Assembly: GCA_039804105.1 (NCBI GenBank)
Contig: JBDRZU010000001.1
Coordinates: 1,152,001-1,216,000 of the forward strand
Source of the DNA: a candidate division WOR-3 bacterium
GTDB lineage: Bacteria > Hydrothermota > 32-111
Direction: 5' to 3'
Length of the DNA: 64,000 bases
Part shown: one piece after another, positions 29,765-38,980 of the stretch
How the letters are laid out: each line of letters opens with the position of its first letter
Numbering within the stretch: the stretch's first letter is position 1
Notes under the pieces: model-generated
Databases searched by the model: none
Seen by the model: only the letters and a program-made list of their open reading frames with translations
What the model was told of the DNA's origin: nothing
Position numbers and translations under genes: made by a program

Positions 29765-31308
29765 CATATTAATTTCACCTTTTTTAAATTCTCCAGTATC
29801 GCCTTATTCAGTCGCTCTTCTTCTTTTAACTGTTCTTCAAACTCTTTTTTAAGTTGTGTAAATCGCTCATTAAAATCGAAGTCGTCTTCTTCGTCGGGAA
29901 GACCTACGTATCGCCCGGGAGTAAGCACATAGTCGAGTTCCCGCACACGTTCAATGTTTGCCGAACAGCAAAAACCTTTGATGTCCTCGTATTTTCTGTT
30001 GGGATTTCGCCATTCGTGGTAGGTACGGGCTATTTTCTGAATATCCTCGGTGGTGAGTACACGGTTTCGCCGATTGATTAGTTGTCCCATATTGCGGGCA
30101 TCGATAAAAAGAATTTCATCAATGCGGTTGCGGTATTTTCCGTTTGCCTTGTTTCTGCTCAGAAACCACAGGCAAGCCGGGATCTGAGTATTCAAAAAGA
30201 GCTTAGCTGGTAGGTTTACAATACAATCCACAAGCCGTGCCTCGATAATTTCTTTTCGTATTTCACCTTCGCCGCCAGTTTTTGATGTAAGAGAACCCTT
30301 AGCCAGCACAAAACCAGCCATTCCGCCGGGGCTTAAATGGTATAAGAAGTGTTGTATCCAAGCGTAGTTGGCATTACTTGCCGGTGGAACACCATATTTC
30401 CAGCGGGCATCGTTGCGTAAAAGTTCGCCTCCCCAGTCGCTGTCGTTGAACGGCGGATTGGCTATCACAAAATCAGCTTTGAGGTCCTTGTGGGCATCGT
30501 TAAGAAACGAGCCTTCACTGTTCCACTTTACCTGCGAGCTGTCGATACCACGGATGGCAAGGTTCATTTTGCACAGTCGCCAGGTGGTTTGGTTGCTTTC
30601 CTGTCCGTAAATGGATATGTCGTTGATTTTTCCCTGATGGCTCTCTACAAACTTTTCGGATTGCACGAACATACCGCCAGAGCCGCAGCAGGGGTCGAAC
30701 ACCCGTCCTTTATATGGCTCAAGCATTTCAACCAGCAGTTCTACCACACATCTTGGGGTATAGAATTGTCCACCTTTTTTACCTTCTGCCAATGCAAACT
30801 CGCCCAGAAAATACTCGAACACATGACCTAAAATGTCGGCACTACGTGCTTTTGCCTCACCAAGCGCGATATTGGAAATAAGGTCAATGAGGCCTCCTAA
30901 ACTCGTTGGGTCAATGTTACCACGGGCATATACTTTTGGAAGCACATCTTTGAGCGATGGATTTTCCTTCTCGATGGCATCCATCGCTTCGTCAATCTCT
31001 TTACCAATGGTAGGCAGCTTTGCCCTCGATTGCAAGTACGACCAGCGGGCTTTTTCGGGTACATAGAACACATTTTCTGCCTTGTATTCATCTTTATCTT
31101 CAGGATCTGCTCCGGCATATTCGCCTTTGCCGCTCTTTAGTTTTGCGTGAAGTTCTTCAAATGCATCGGAGATGTATTTCAGGAAAATTAATCCCAGAAC
31201 AACATGCTTGTATTCCGCTGCGTCAATGTTTTTGCGAAGCTTATCTGCAGCTTTCCAGAGTTGTTTTTCTAATGGTTCGTTGGTGTTATTCTTTTTTTTC
31301 TTTACCAT
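29764..31308 (-). CDS. hsdM: Type I restriction-modification m6A methyltransferase subunit M
   Basis: [30 protein letters not shown]. Confidence 0.96.
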   Translation of the reverse strand: MVKKKKNNTNEPLEKQLWKAADKLRKNIDAAEYKHVVLGLIFLKYISDAFEELHAKLKSGKGEYAGADPEDKDEYKAENVFYVPEKARWSYLQSRAKLPTIGKEIDEAMDAIEKENPSLKDVLPKVYARGNIDPTSLGGLIDLISNIALGEAKARSADILGHVFEYFLGEFALAEGKKGGQFYTPRCVVELLVEMLEPYKGRVFDPCCGSGGMFVQSEKFVESHQGKINDISIYGQESNQTTWRLCKMNLAIRGIDSSQVKWNSEGSFLNDAHKDLKADFVIANPPFNDSDWGGELLRNDARWKYGVPPASNANYAWIQHFLYHLSPGGMAGFVLAKGSLTSKTGGEGEIRKEIIEARLVDCIVNLPAKLFLNTQIPACLWFLSRNKANGKYRNRIDEILFIDARNMGQLINRRNRVLTTEDIQKIARTYHEWRNPNRKYEDIKGFCCSANIERVRELDYVLTPGRYVGLPDEEDDFDFNERFTQLKKEFEEQLKEEERLNKAILENLKKVKLI

Positions 31309-31541
31309 ACTTTCTCCTTTTTAACTATTCATTTCTTTCATACCGCACGAAAAGACACTCTTGGAGCAAAAAATATTTTTCGCAAAATTTTCTTTTCACA
31401 ATACATTGACGCTCTGCATTTCGCACAATTTTCAATATCTGTAATTTCCTATAATTAACCTATTTTAATTATATAAATAACAAAAAAATTTTAAACAAAA
31501 AACTCATTATCTATCACTATTTTCAATGTTTTTCAACTCTT

Positions 31542-31574
31542 TCGGGGACGGTGCTTGACTTTTTGACATTTTTT
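31542..31574 (-). repeat. Dispersed 32-33 bp element, copy R2 (inverted)
   Basis: TCGGGGACGGTGCTTGACTTTTTGACATTTTTT is the reverse complement of 23527-23559. Confidence 0.95.
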
Positions 31575-31706
31575 TGTAAACCTTTATTCTTATTATAGTT
31601 ACATTATCTTCAAAAATCTTTTTTCTAATAGATTTTTTATTTGCCATACAATTATAAAATTTAAGATTTAAAATCATAGTTTAACATATAAAACAATCTA
31701 AAATTT

Positions 31707-32510
31707 TTACTCCATCAACAATGTATCTTCCAGAAAGTTTGTACTTTTTATTGTATATTTGCCTCTTTTTAGATTCAAAAAATTCACCGTTCCCGTTTCA
31801 TCAGAAATGTTTTCTCTCACAATATTTCCATCAACATCAAGCAGTAAAAATTTTTCGTTTTTTATTTCAGTATTCAATTTTAAAGAAAACTTTTCTTGCA
31901 ATGTTTCAGTAAAAAAATAATTCTCCCATCTTTTTCTGTTGATATTACCTGAAAAATCAACAACACTATCAACAATAACTTGAACTAAAAATTTTTCATT
32001 CAAAAAAATAGAAATTTTATCATCATCAATCTTTTCAGTATATTTAACATTTTCGGGATAAACTTTAAAAAATATTTTTTCGATATTCTCTGAAAAATAG
32101 AGTGTTATAACACTATCCAGGGAAGAACTTCTTGTAATTTCAGGAGGAATGTTATCTTTTATTTTTTGACCTTTTACCTTTAGATTCAAAAAGTCCTTTT
32201 TGTTATTGTTCAAATCTGTTAGAGAAAAGATGTAAACTCCCGAAATTTTTCTGTTAAAATCGTAATCAACAAGAATCGAATTTTTGTTTAAATAAAATTT
32301 TTGTTTTAAAATTGTATCTTCATATTTTATCTGAATTGAATCAACTTTTGAAACCTCTTCTGAAAGATCTATTCTGATTTTACCACCTTCAAAAAAGTAG
32401 ATGTTTTTAACCTCAGGTTTAATTCTATCAGGTGAAGGTGGTGGAAGCTTTTTTCCACATGAAACGAAAACAAAAAAAATTGTGAAAAAAAGAAAAAAAA
32501 TTTTTTTCAC
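31707..32510 (-). CDS. Lipoprotein with Ig-like repeats
   Basis: Lipobox FVSC then GKKLPPPSPD; D..PP.I..LYFSE motifs resembling Big_5 domains. Confidence 0.65.
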   Translation of the reverse strand: MKKIFFLFFTIFFVFVSCGKKLPPPSPDRIKPEVKNIYFFEGGKIRIDLSEEVSKVDSIQIKYEDTILKQKFYLNKNSILVDYDFNRKISGVYIFSLTDLNNNKKDFLNLKVKGQKIKDNIPPEITRSSSLDSVITLYFSENIEKIFFKVYPENVKYTEKIDDDKISIFLNEKFLVQVIVDSVVDFSGNINRKRWENYFFTETLQEKFSLKLNTEIKNEKFLLLDVDGNIVRENISDETGTVNFLNLKRGKYTIKSTNFLEDTLLME

Positions 32511-32516
32511 TTAAAA

Positions 32517-32888
32517 TTATTCTGTTTTTCCCTTTGCGTTTTTATCAAAAAGTTCCTGTTTTGACATTGAACAGGTTCCATCAAATATCACACCTTCTTC
32601 AACTATAAGATATTTACAAACAAGATCTATTTTGACCCTTGCTGTTTTCTGAAGTTCAACTCGATTTTTAACGATTAGTTTTCCTTCAACTATACCACCT
32701 ATAACAGCATCCTTTGTGTTTATCGTTCCATTCAAATTACCTGTTTTTCCAACTGTCAACATCTCAGAAACTGTTATCTCTCCATCAATATGTCCATCAA
32801 CCCTGACAGAGCCCGGAACAAAAACTTTTCCTGAAATGTGTGTTCCCTCTCCTATAATGTTGTTTATTCCTGCACTGTTTTTCTCCAT
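32517..32888 (-). CDS. Bactofilin (polymer-forming cytoskeletal protein)
   Basis: IIGEGTHISG..VRVDGHIDGEI..LIVEEGVIFDGTCSM. Confidence 0.92.
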   Translation of the reverse strand: MEKNSAGINNIIGEGTHISGKVFVPGSVRVDGHIDGEITVSEMLTVGKTGNLNGTINTKDAVIGGIVEGKLIVKNRVELQKTARVKIDLVCKYLIVEEGVIFDGTCSMSKQELFDKNAKGKTE

Positions 32889-32902
32889 AAAAACTCCTTT
32901 AT

Positions 32903-33661
32903 TTAGTTATTTAGATTTACAAATTGAATCGGATCATAGTAAACAGAATCCATCAAGATCTCATAATGCAGATGTGGTGCTGAAGATTTTCCAGTGTTTC
33001 CAACGGTTCCAACGATTTCACCTTTTTTTATCGTTTGTCCTTTTTTTACAAGTACCTTCTGAAGGTGTCCATAAAAGATTGAAAATTTATTGTTTTTTAT
33101 CTGAACAAAATTTCCAAAAACATCATCCCATCCTGTTCTTTCAACTGTTCCATTTATCGTTGAAACAACCATCGTTCCAAGATTGCATGCGATATCTATC
33201 GCAGGGTGATCCTTTGTAAAACTCCTTGAAACAACTCCTTCAACAGGATTTATATCAGGTTTCAACTCATCATATTCTCTCAATGAATCAACATTCACTA
33301 TTGTACTTTCAACTTTTGCTACAGAAATTTCTTTTGTGTGTGATTTTAAAATTTTGTTTTGAATATCTATACCTAAAAGTTCTCTGATCTTTTCATTCTT
33401 TTCATATAACTCTTTTATGTCAGATTTTAACTCCTCTACTTTTTTCATTTCATTTTCCATATATCTCATCTTCTTCTCAAAATTCCTTTTCTGCATAGCA
33501 TCATAGTATACTGTTGAAATAAAAGCAAATCCTGCAATTATACAAATTACAATGAATATCAAGACACCGGTTAAAATCTTGAACAGAGTTGTTGAAATCA
33601 AAAATTCTTTTTTGTCTTTTCCATCAGGACTTATGTAGATTAAGGTTATCTTTCTTTTCAA
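32903..33661 (-). CDS. Membrane-anchored M23 peptidoglycan endopeptidase
   Basis: TM plus coiled coil, HPAID, YGHL, GNTGKSSAPHLHYEI. Confidence 0.92.
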   Translation of the reverse strand: MKRKITLIYISPDGKDKKEFLISTTLFKILTGVLIFIVICIIAGFAFISTVYYDAMQKRNFEKKMRYMENEMKKVEELKSDIKELYEKNEKIRELLGIDIQNKILKSHTKEISVAKVESTIVNVDSLREYDELKPDINPVEGVVSRSFTKDHPAIDIACNLGTMVVSTINGTVERTGWDDVFGNFVQIKNNKFSIFYGHLQKVLVKKGQTIKKGEIVGTVGNTGKSSAPHLHYEILMDSVYYDPIQFVNLNN

Positions 33662-33664
33662 TTT

Positions 33665-34672
33665 CTAAAAGCCCCTTTTTGATAAATCTGTTTTCAAAAT
33701 CTCTCTTATAAGTTTTACACTGTTTTCAACATCATCCATATCACACATTTCCGCTTGAGAGTGAATATATCTTGTTGGCACAGAGACAATTCCTGTTAAT
33801 ACACCCTCTTTGTTCGTCTGGATCATCATTCCATCTGTTGTTCCACCTTTCAAAATTTCAAGTTGATATGGAATCTTATTTTTCTTTGCAACATCAACCA
33901 TAAAATCGATAACAAGTTTTCTAACAACCATTCCACTATCAAGAACTTTTATCGCAGGGCCCTCTCCAAGTTTAACATCCATAATGTATGATTCAGGGGT
34001 ATCACCTGTGCCCGTGACATCAACTGCTATAGCAAAATCTGGTGAAACAGAGAACGCTGATGTTTTAGCACCTCTTAAACCAACCTCTTCCTGTGTTGTG
34101 AAAACATAATAAATATCGTTATCGGTTTCAAAATCATCGAGTGCAAGTTGGAGTAAAATTGCACATCCAATTCTATCATCGAGTGCCTTTGTTGAAACTC
34201 GTTTCCCAAGATCAACAAATGTTGGTTTCATTGCACCAAGAAGTCCAACCTGAACTTTCTTTTCTGCATCCTTTTTATCCTTTGCACCTATATCTATATA
34301 CATTTCATCGATCTTTGGAATATTCTGCCAGTTGAAGTTTTTGTTTTCATATCCGATAACACCTTCAACTCCGTTCACAAAAACAACATGGTTTTCAATT
34401 ATATTGTGAGGAAAAAGTCCACCAACAACAGCAAATCTCAAGAATCCATTTTTGTCTATATGTTTCACTATAAAACCGATTTCATCCATATGTGCAGCAA
34501 GCATTATTTTTTTACCTTTTCCTTTTTTTCTGACGATCAGGTTTCCTAAAGCATCCTTCTTTATCTCAAGATTCTTTTTTCCTTTTAAACTTTTTTCAAT
34601 GTAATCAACAACCGGTTCCTCATACGAGGATGGACCAATAATGCTTGTTAATTCTTTCACCAAATTTTTCAT
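33665..34672 (-). CDS. M42 (TET) metalloaminopeptidase
   Basis: AHMDEIG, KALDDRIG, QEEVGLRG, VDVT, YIHS. Confidence 0.93.
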   Translation of the reverse strand: MKNLVKELTSIIGPSSYEEPVVDYIEKSLKGKKNLEIKKDALGNLIVRKKGKGKKIMLAAHMDEIGFIVKHIDKNGFLRFAVVGGLFPHNIIENHVVFVNGVEGVIGYENKNFNWQNIPKIDEMYIDIGAKDKKDAEKKVQVGLLGAMKPTFVDLGKRVSTKALDDRIGCAILLQLALDDFETDNDIYYVFTTQEEVGLRGAKTSAFSVSPDFAIAVDVTGTGDTPESYIMDVKLGEGPAIKVLDSGMVVRKLVIDFMVDVAKKNKIPYQLEILKGGTTDGMMIQTNKEGVLTGIVSVPTRYIHSQAEMCDMDDVENSVKLIREILKTDLSKRGF

Positions 34673-34680
34673 TTTTACCC

Positions 34681-35685
34681 CTATTTTAATTTGTTTAAAA
34701 GTATTTTTGTTAAATCTATCATCGATTGATAATCCCTTAAATCAGCAAAAGAAACTGGAGAATGTATGTATCTTGAGGGAACAGCAAAAACTATCGTTCT
34801 CACTCCTTCTTTTGATCTGTGTATTTCTCCTCCGTCTGTCTTGCCGATCATTGGTTGTTTGAATTGATATTTGATCTTGTTCTCTTTTGCATACTCAACA
34901 CTCTTTTTTAAAAGATCTTTATCAACAAAAAGAGATCTATCAGAAATCGTTATAACAACACCATCTCCCATTTTTGGAAAATCAGGTTCATCCTTTGAGT
35001 GCGGCATATCAGCAGCGGATGTTCCTTCAAGCACTATCGCATAATCAGAAGGAATGTTGTATGCTGCAACTTTTGATCCTCTCAATCCAACCTCTTCTTG
35101 AACAAAGAAACATCCATAAAGATCGTTTTCATATCTATCTTTTAAAATTTCAATGAGTGCTCCACAGCCCAATCTATCATCAAAAGATTTTCCTTTGATA
35201 ATATTTCCTCTTTTTTCAAATTTTGTGTCAAAAACAGCATAATCACCAACAGAAACATATTTTTCTGCATCCTTTTTATCAAGCGCTCCAATATCAATAA
35301 AAAGAGAATCAACATCGGGTATGTTGTTGTAATCTTTCCTTTGAAGATGTATTGGTTTATAACAAATTATGCCTTTTATTTTGTCCTTTCCAATCAAAAA
35401 ATTTTTTCCTATCAAAACTCTTTTATCTATACTTCCAGCAGGTAAAAATCTTAACATTCCATTTTCCTCTATCGATTTTATCATAAAACCGACTTCATCC
35501 ATATGTGCACCGATCAGAATCTTTTTGCCATTATTATTTTTACCTTTTTTATAAGCAACGATGTTTCCCATCTTATCGATCTTCAAAGAATCAACATAAT
35601 CTTTTATAGTTTCAACTATAAAATCTCTAATCTCATTTTCGTTTCCAGAGGGTCCAAAACCTTCACTTAAATTTTTTAAAATCAT
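34681..35685 (-). CDS. M42 (TET) metalloaminopeptidase
   Basis: AHMDEVG, KSFDDRLG, QEEVGLRG, LEGT, YIHS. Confidence 0.92.
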   Translation of the reverse strand: MILKNLSEGFGPSGNENEIRDFIVETIKDYVDSLKIDKMGNIVAYKKGKNNNGKKILIGAHMDEVGFMIKSIEENGMLRFLPAGSIDKRVLIGKNFLIGKDKIKGIICYKPIHLQRKDYNNIPDVDSLFIDIGALDKKDAEKYVSVGDYAVFDTKFEKRGNIIKGKSFDDRLGCGALIEILKDRYENDLYGCFFVQEEVGLRGSKVAAYNIPSDYAIVLEGTSAADMPHSKDEPDFPKMGDGVVITISDRSLFVDKDLLKKSVEYAKENKIKYQFKQPMIGKTDGGEIHRSKEGVRTIVFAVPSRYIHSPVSFADLRDYQSMIDLTKILLNKLK

Positions 35686-35695
35686 AATATCTCCC

Positions 35696-36736
35696 TCATT
35701 TAATTATTTTTTCACCATACTTTTCAAAATCAACTTCAGAAACAAATATTGAAAGCAGTTTTGAAATTTTATCTATGGTTTTTAGGTTAACAATTTCCCT
35801 TGGAGAATGCATATTTTTAATAGGCAGAGAAAGCAGTATCGTTTTTATGCCACCTCTTGCTGTTTGAACCATATAAGCATCAGTTCCAGAATGTTGTGGA
35901 ACTGGTTCGATTTCATATTTAATATTTTCACGCTTTACAAGTTCTATAATATAATCACAAAGTTGAGAACATATATGAGCACCTCTGGCAATTCCTATCG
36001 CATCATAAGATGCTCCAGTTTCAACTCCTGGCTGCTTTGCAAAAGTCACATCAACAACAACAGCAATATCTGGCTGGATCGAATAAGCAGCAGTCAAGCT
36101 TCCAGCCATAGTTGTCTCTTCTTGGGCATTCAACACAAAATATAGGTCGGGAATATTTTTTAAATTTTTAATGTGGTTTAAAAGGTTAATAATTGCTGCA
36201 GCAGAACCCCTGTTATCTATAGATTTACAACAAACAAAATCATTCTTCAATTCTGTGAATTCACTTTTAATCAAAACTCTATCCCCAATCTTAAAATATT
36301 TTTTTAGTTCTGCATTTTTCATCGCAAGATCGACATATAAGTCATCATATTTCAACAACTTATCACTTTCACCACTTTTTTGAAGATGTGGTGGAGTTGC
36401 TCCGATAATACCAGATACAACTTTTTCTCCAAAAACTGTTACCTCCTGTCCCAACAAAACTTTCTCATCATATCCACCAACAGAGGTAAATCTTAAATAA
36501 TCTCCATCAATTTTTGTAACTATAAGACCTATTTCGTCGTTATGTGTAAAAAATCCAATTTTTCCAGTTCGATCACCTTTTCTGAAAATTATTATGTTTC
36601 CCATCTTATCAAGTGAAATTGAAAGATTTTTTTCATCTTCAAAAATCTTTTTCACATTTTCAAAACTTTTCTCTTCCATTCCAGAAGGTCCAAATGATTC
36701 TGTTAAAATTTTCAAAACTTCTTTTAAATCTTTCAT
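35696..36736 (-). CDS. M42 (TET) metalloaminopeptidase, divergent
   Basis: THNDEIG, KSIDNRG, QEET, VDVT, NMHS. Confidence 0.88.
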   Translation of the reverse strand: MKDLKEVLKILTESFGPSGMEEKSFENVKKIFEDEKNLSISLDKMGNIIIFRKGDRTGKIGFFTHNDEIGLIVTKIDGDYLRFTSVGGYDEKVLLGQEVTVFGEKVVSGIIGATPPHLQKSGESDKLLKYDDLYVDLAMKNAELKKYFKIGDRVLIKSEFTELKNDFVCCKSIDNRGSAAAIINLLNHIKNLKNIPDLYFVLNAQEETTMAGSLTAAYSIQPDIAVVVDVTFAKQPGVETGASYDAIGIARGAHICSQLCDYIIELVKRENIKYEIEPVPQHSGTDAYMVQTARGGIKTILLSLPIKNMHSPREIVNLKTIDKISKLLSIFVSEVDFEKYGEKIIK

Positions 36737-36744
36737 TATTTCTC

Positions 36745-37581
36745 CTAATCAAAATTTTTCAAACCCAATAAATTTAGAAGTTTTCTGAAATCCTCATCGT
36801 TGTAAAATTCTAAATTTATACTACCTTTGCCCTTTCTATATTTAACAATAACCTTTCTTGATAATTTTTCCGAAAGTTTATTTTCAAGATCCTTTAGATG
36901 AACAGATTTCTTCTTTTCATGTGTTTTTATATGTTTCTCTTCACCAGAAGATAAAAGTTTTTCAAGATCTCGAACCGAAAGATCCTCTCTATAAACTCTT
37001 TCAGCAAGATGTTTTCTTCTTAATGGTTCCTTTATTGACAACAAAACTTTTGCATGTCCAAAACTTATTTTGTTTTCTTTTAAAAGTTCCTTTATACTAT
37101 CCTCAAGTTCAAGAACTCTCAAAATATTTGTGATATGTGCTCTCGACTTACCAACTTTTTTTGAGATCTCTTCGTGTGTAAGGTTAAACTTTTCAGCAAG
37201 TTCCTTGTATGCCTCTGCTTCTTCAACGACATTCAAATCTTCTCTCTGAACATTTTCGATCAAAGCCCATTCAACCATTTTGTCATTTGATAATTCTTTT
37301 ACTATGGCGGGTATATCCTTCATCCCCAAAAGTTTACATGCTCTAAACCTTCTTTCTCCAGTAACTATTTCATAATGATCACCAACCCTTCTGACAGTGA
37401 TCGGTTGCAGAACTCCATTTTCCTTTATAGATTCTGCAAGTTCTTTTAATTCTTCATCTTTAAAAACTTTTCTTGGTTGAAACGGGTTTGGTTTAATATT
37501 TACTATCGGTATGTTTCGAACTTCCCTCTGTTCTGTTCCCGCAATTATCGATTCAAGACCTCGACCTAACGCTTTTTTCAT
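36745..37581 (-). CDS. parB: Chromosome partitioning CTPase ParB/Spo0J
   Basis: [40 protein letters not shown]. Confidence 0.96.
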   Translation of the reverse strand: MKKALGRGLESIIAGTEQREVRNIPIVNIKPNPFQPRKVFKDEELKELAESIKENGVLQPITVRRVGDHYEIVTGERRFRACKLLGMKDIPAIVKELSNDKMVEWALIENVQREDLNVVEEAEAYKELAEKFNLTHEEISKKVGKSRAHITNILRVLELEDSIKELLKENKISFGHAKVLLSIKEPLRRKHLAERVYREDLSVRDLEKLLSSGEEKHIKTHEKKKSVHLKDLENKLSEKLSRKVIVKYRKGKGSINLEFYNDEDFRKLLNLLGLKNFD

Positions 37582-38341
37582 CTTTCTCTATTATCTCCTT
37601 TGCAAGTTCAAGATATGCTTTTGAACCAGTTGAAACCGGATCAAATAGGATTATTGGTTTTCCAAAAGATGGTGCCTCTGCAAGTTTAACATTTCTTGGA
37701 ATATATGTTTTATATACAGCACTTTTAAAATAGTTCAAAACTTCATCCGCAACCTGACGAGCAAGAGTTAATCTATTGTCATACATCGTTATCAGAACCC
37801 CCTCGATTTCAAGAGCAGGGTTTAAAGATTGTCTGATGCTGTTTATGGTGTTAAGGAGTTTCGCAAGACCTTCAACAGCATAAAATTCCGCCTGAACCGG
37901 AATCAAAATAGATTTTGAGGCAACAAGAGCGTTTACAGTCAACATCTGTAAAGATGGAGGACAATCGATAAGAATATATTCATATCTGTTTTTTATCTTT
38001 TCAAGAACCTTCTTCAACATACTCTCTCTTTCCTCTATATCAACAAACTCAACATCTGTTGCTGCAAGAGATATATCTGAAGGAATGAGATCTAAAAACT
38101 CAAGATCCGTTTTTACTATTATATCTTCAACTGGAACTTTGTTTAAAAGCGAATCATAAATACTTTTTCCTAAAAAATTTTTATCATAATAACCTAAAGA
38201 CGATGTTGCGTTTGCCTGAGGATCTATATCAACAAGCAAAGTTTTTTTCTCAGCAACAGCAAGTGCTGCTCCTAAATTCACAGCAGTTGTCGTCTTTCCA
38301 ACACCACCTTTTTGATTCGCTATAGAAATAATCTTTGTCAT
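37553..38341 (-). CDS. parA: Chromosome partitioning ATPase ParA/Soj
   Basis: [37 protein letters not shown]. Confidence 0.96.
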   Translation of the reverse strand: MTKIISIANQKGGVGKTTTAVNLGAALAVAEKKTLLVDIDPQANATSSLGYYDKNFLGKSIYDSLLNKVPVEDIIVKTDLEFLDLIPSDISLAATDVEFVDIEERESMLKKVLEKIKNRYEYILIDCPPSLQMLTVNALVASKSILIPVQAEFYAVEGLAKLLNTINSIRQSLNPALEIEGVLITMYDNRLTLARQVADEVLNYFKSAVYKTYIPRNVKLAEAPSFGKPIILFDPVSTGSKAYLELAKEIIEKDEKSVRSRS

Positions 38342-38395
38342 AGTTTGAAACTATAACACAATTTTTAAATTTTTCAATAGGTTTTTACAACAAAA

Positions 38396-38411
38396 TGTTC
38401 CACGTGGAACA
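38396..38411. promoter_or_regulatory. parS: parS centromere site
   Basis: TGTTCCACGTGGAACA, a perfect match to the bacterial parS consensus, extended to a 24-bp palindrome (38392-38415), directly upstream of parA. Confidence 0.95.
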
Positions 38412-38414
38412 TTT

Positions 38415-38948
38415 TTAAAGTTTTATAAGAACTGGTTTATTTATTTTTTTCCAGTAAACGATATCGCCTTTAAAATTTTTATCTTTCATAAAAGTTTTAA
38501 GTTCTTCCTCTTTTAAAAACGCTCTTGATAAAACAAGATCAAAATCAGAAAAATTTATACTGTTAACATCGTCATTTTTTATCATAACATTTTTTAAACC
38601 AAGGGATTCTTTCACCTCTTTTAAAAAATAGCATTTTTTTTCTTTTATCTCAATAAGTGTAAAATTTTTTTCTTTAAAAACAATTGCAAGCGGTATTGCT
38701 GGAAATCCGTTTCCACTACCAATATCAACAATATTTTTATATTTGGGTTCACAAACAAAATTCAACGCTAAAAGAGAGTCCCTGAAATGTCTTTCAACGA
38801 TAATATCTATATCATTTTTTGAAATCAGGTTAACAGATTCGTTCCATTTCAACAGAAGGTCTAAATAAATGGCCATCTCTTGAAAATTTTTTTCAACTTT
38901 TAGTTCTCTTAAAAGTTTTTCTAACTGATTTAAAATAATAACTTGCAT
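38415..38948 (-). CDS. rsmG: 16S rRNA m7G527 methyltransferase (short form)
   Basis: LLKWNESVNLIS, RHFRDSL, DIGSGNGFPAIPLA, SRA. Confidence 0.9.
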   Translation of the reverse strand: MQVIILNQLEKLLRELKVEKNFQEMAIYLDLLLKWNESVNLISKNDIDIIVERHFRDSLLALNFVCEPKYKNIVDIGSGNGFPAIPLAIVFKEKNFTLIEIKEKKCYFLKEVKESLGLKNVMIKNDDVNSINFSDFDLVLSRAFLKEEELKTFMKDKNFKGDIVYWKKINKPVLIKL

Positions 38949-38980
38949 AAAAATGTCAAAAAGTCAAGCACCGTCCCCGA
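38949..38980 (+). repeat. Dispersed 32-33 bp element, copy R3
   Basis: AAAAATGTCAAAAAGTCAAGCACCGTCCCCGA, identical to 32 nt of R1; abuts the rsmG ATG and contains the TGA of the upstream gene. Confidence 0.95.

Larger units (their letters stand above)
23527..31574. mobile_element. Putative horizontally acquired Type I RM defence cassette bounded by 33-bp inverted repeats
   Basis: Visibly higher GC and different codon use than flanks; R1 ends 6 bp from hsdR stop; R2 lies about 230 bp upstream of hsdM; contains fic and a RAYT-like transposase; no integrase and no target duplication seen. Confidence 0.7.

Noticed and set aside
23527..31574. Classical composite or DDE transposon, or integrase-type island
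   Set aside because: No DDE transposase, tyrosine/serine recombinase or target-site duplication found, and a third repeat copy lies outside the cassette.
31542..31600. The 32-mer as a portable outward promoter (contains TTGACT and TTGACA)
   Set aside because: No convincing -10 hexamer at 16-18 bp spacing is shared by the three copies.
32716..33219. 167-aa antisense ORF, and similar shadow ORFs (e.g. 53690-54199, 23897-24283, 31020-31409)
   Set aside because: They lie opposite well-supported genes and have no recognisable motifs or SD.
34255..35515. Short direct DNA repeats (TTTCTGCATCCTTTTTATC; TTCATCCATATGTGC)
   Set aside because: Explained by conserved motifs of the paralogous M42 genes.
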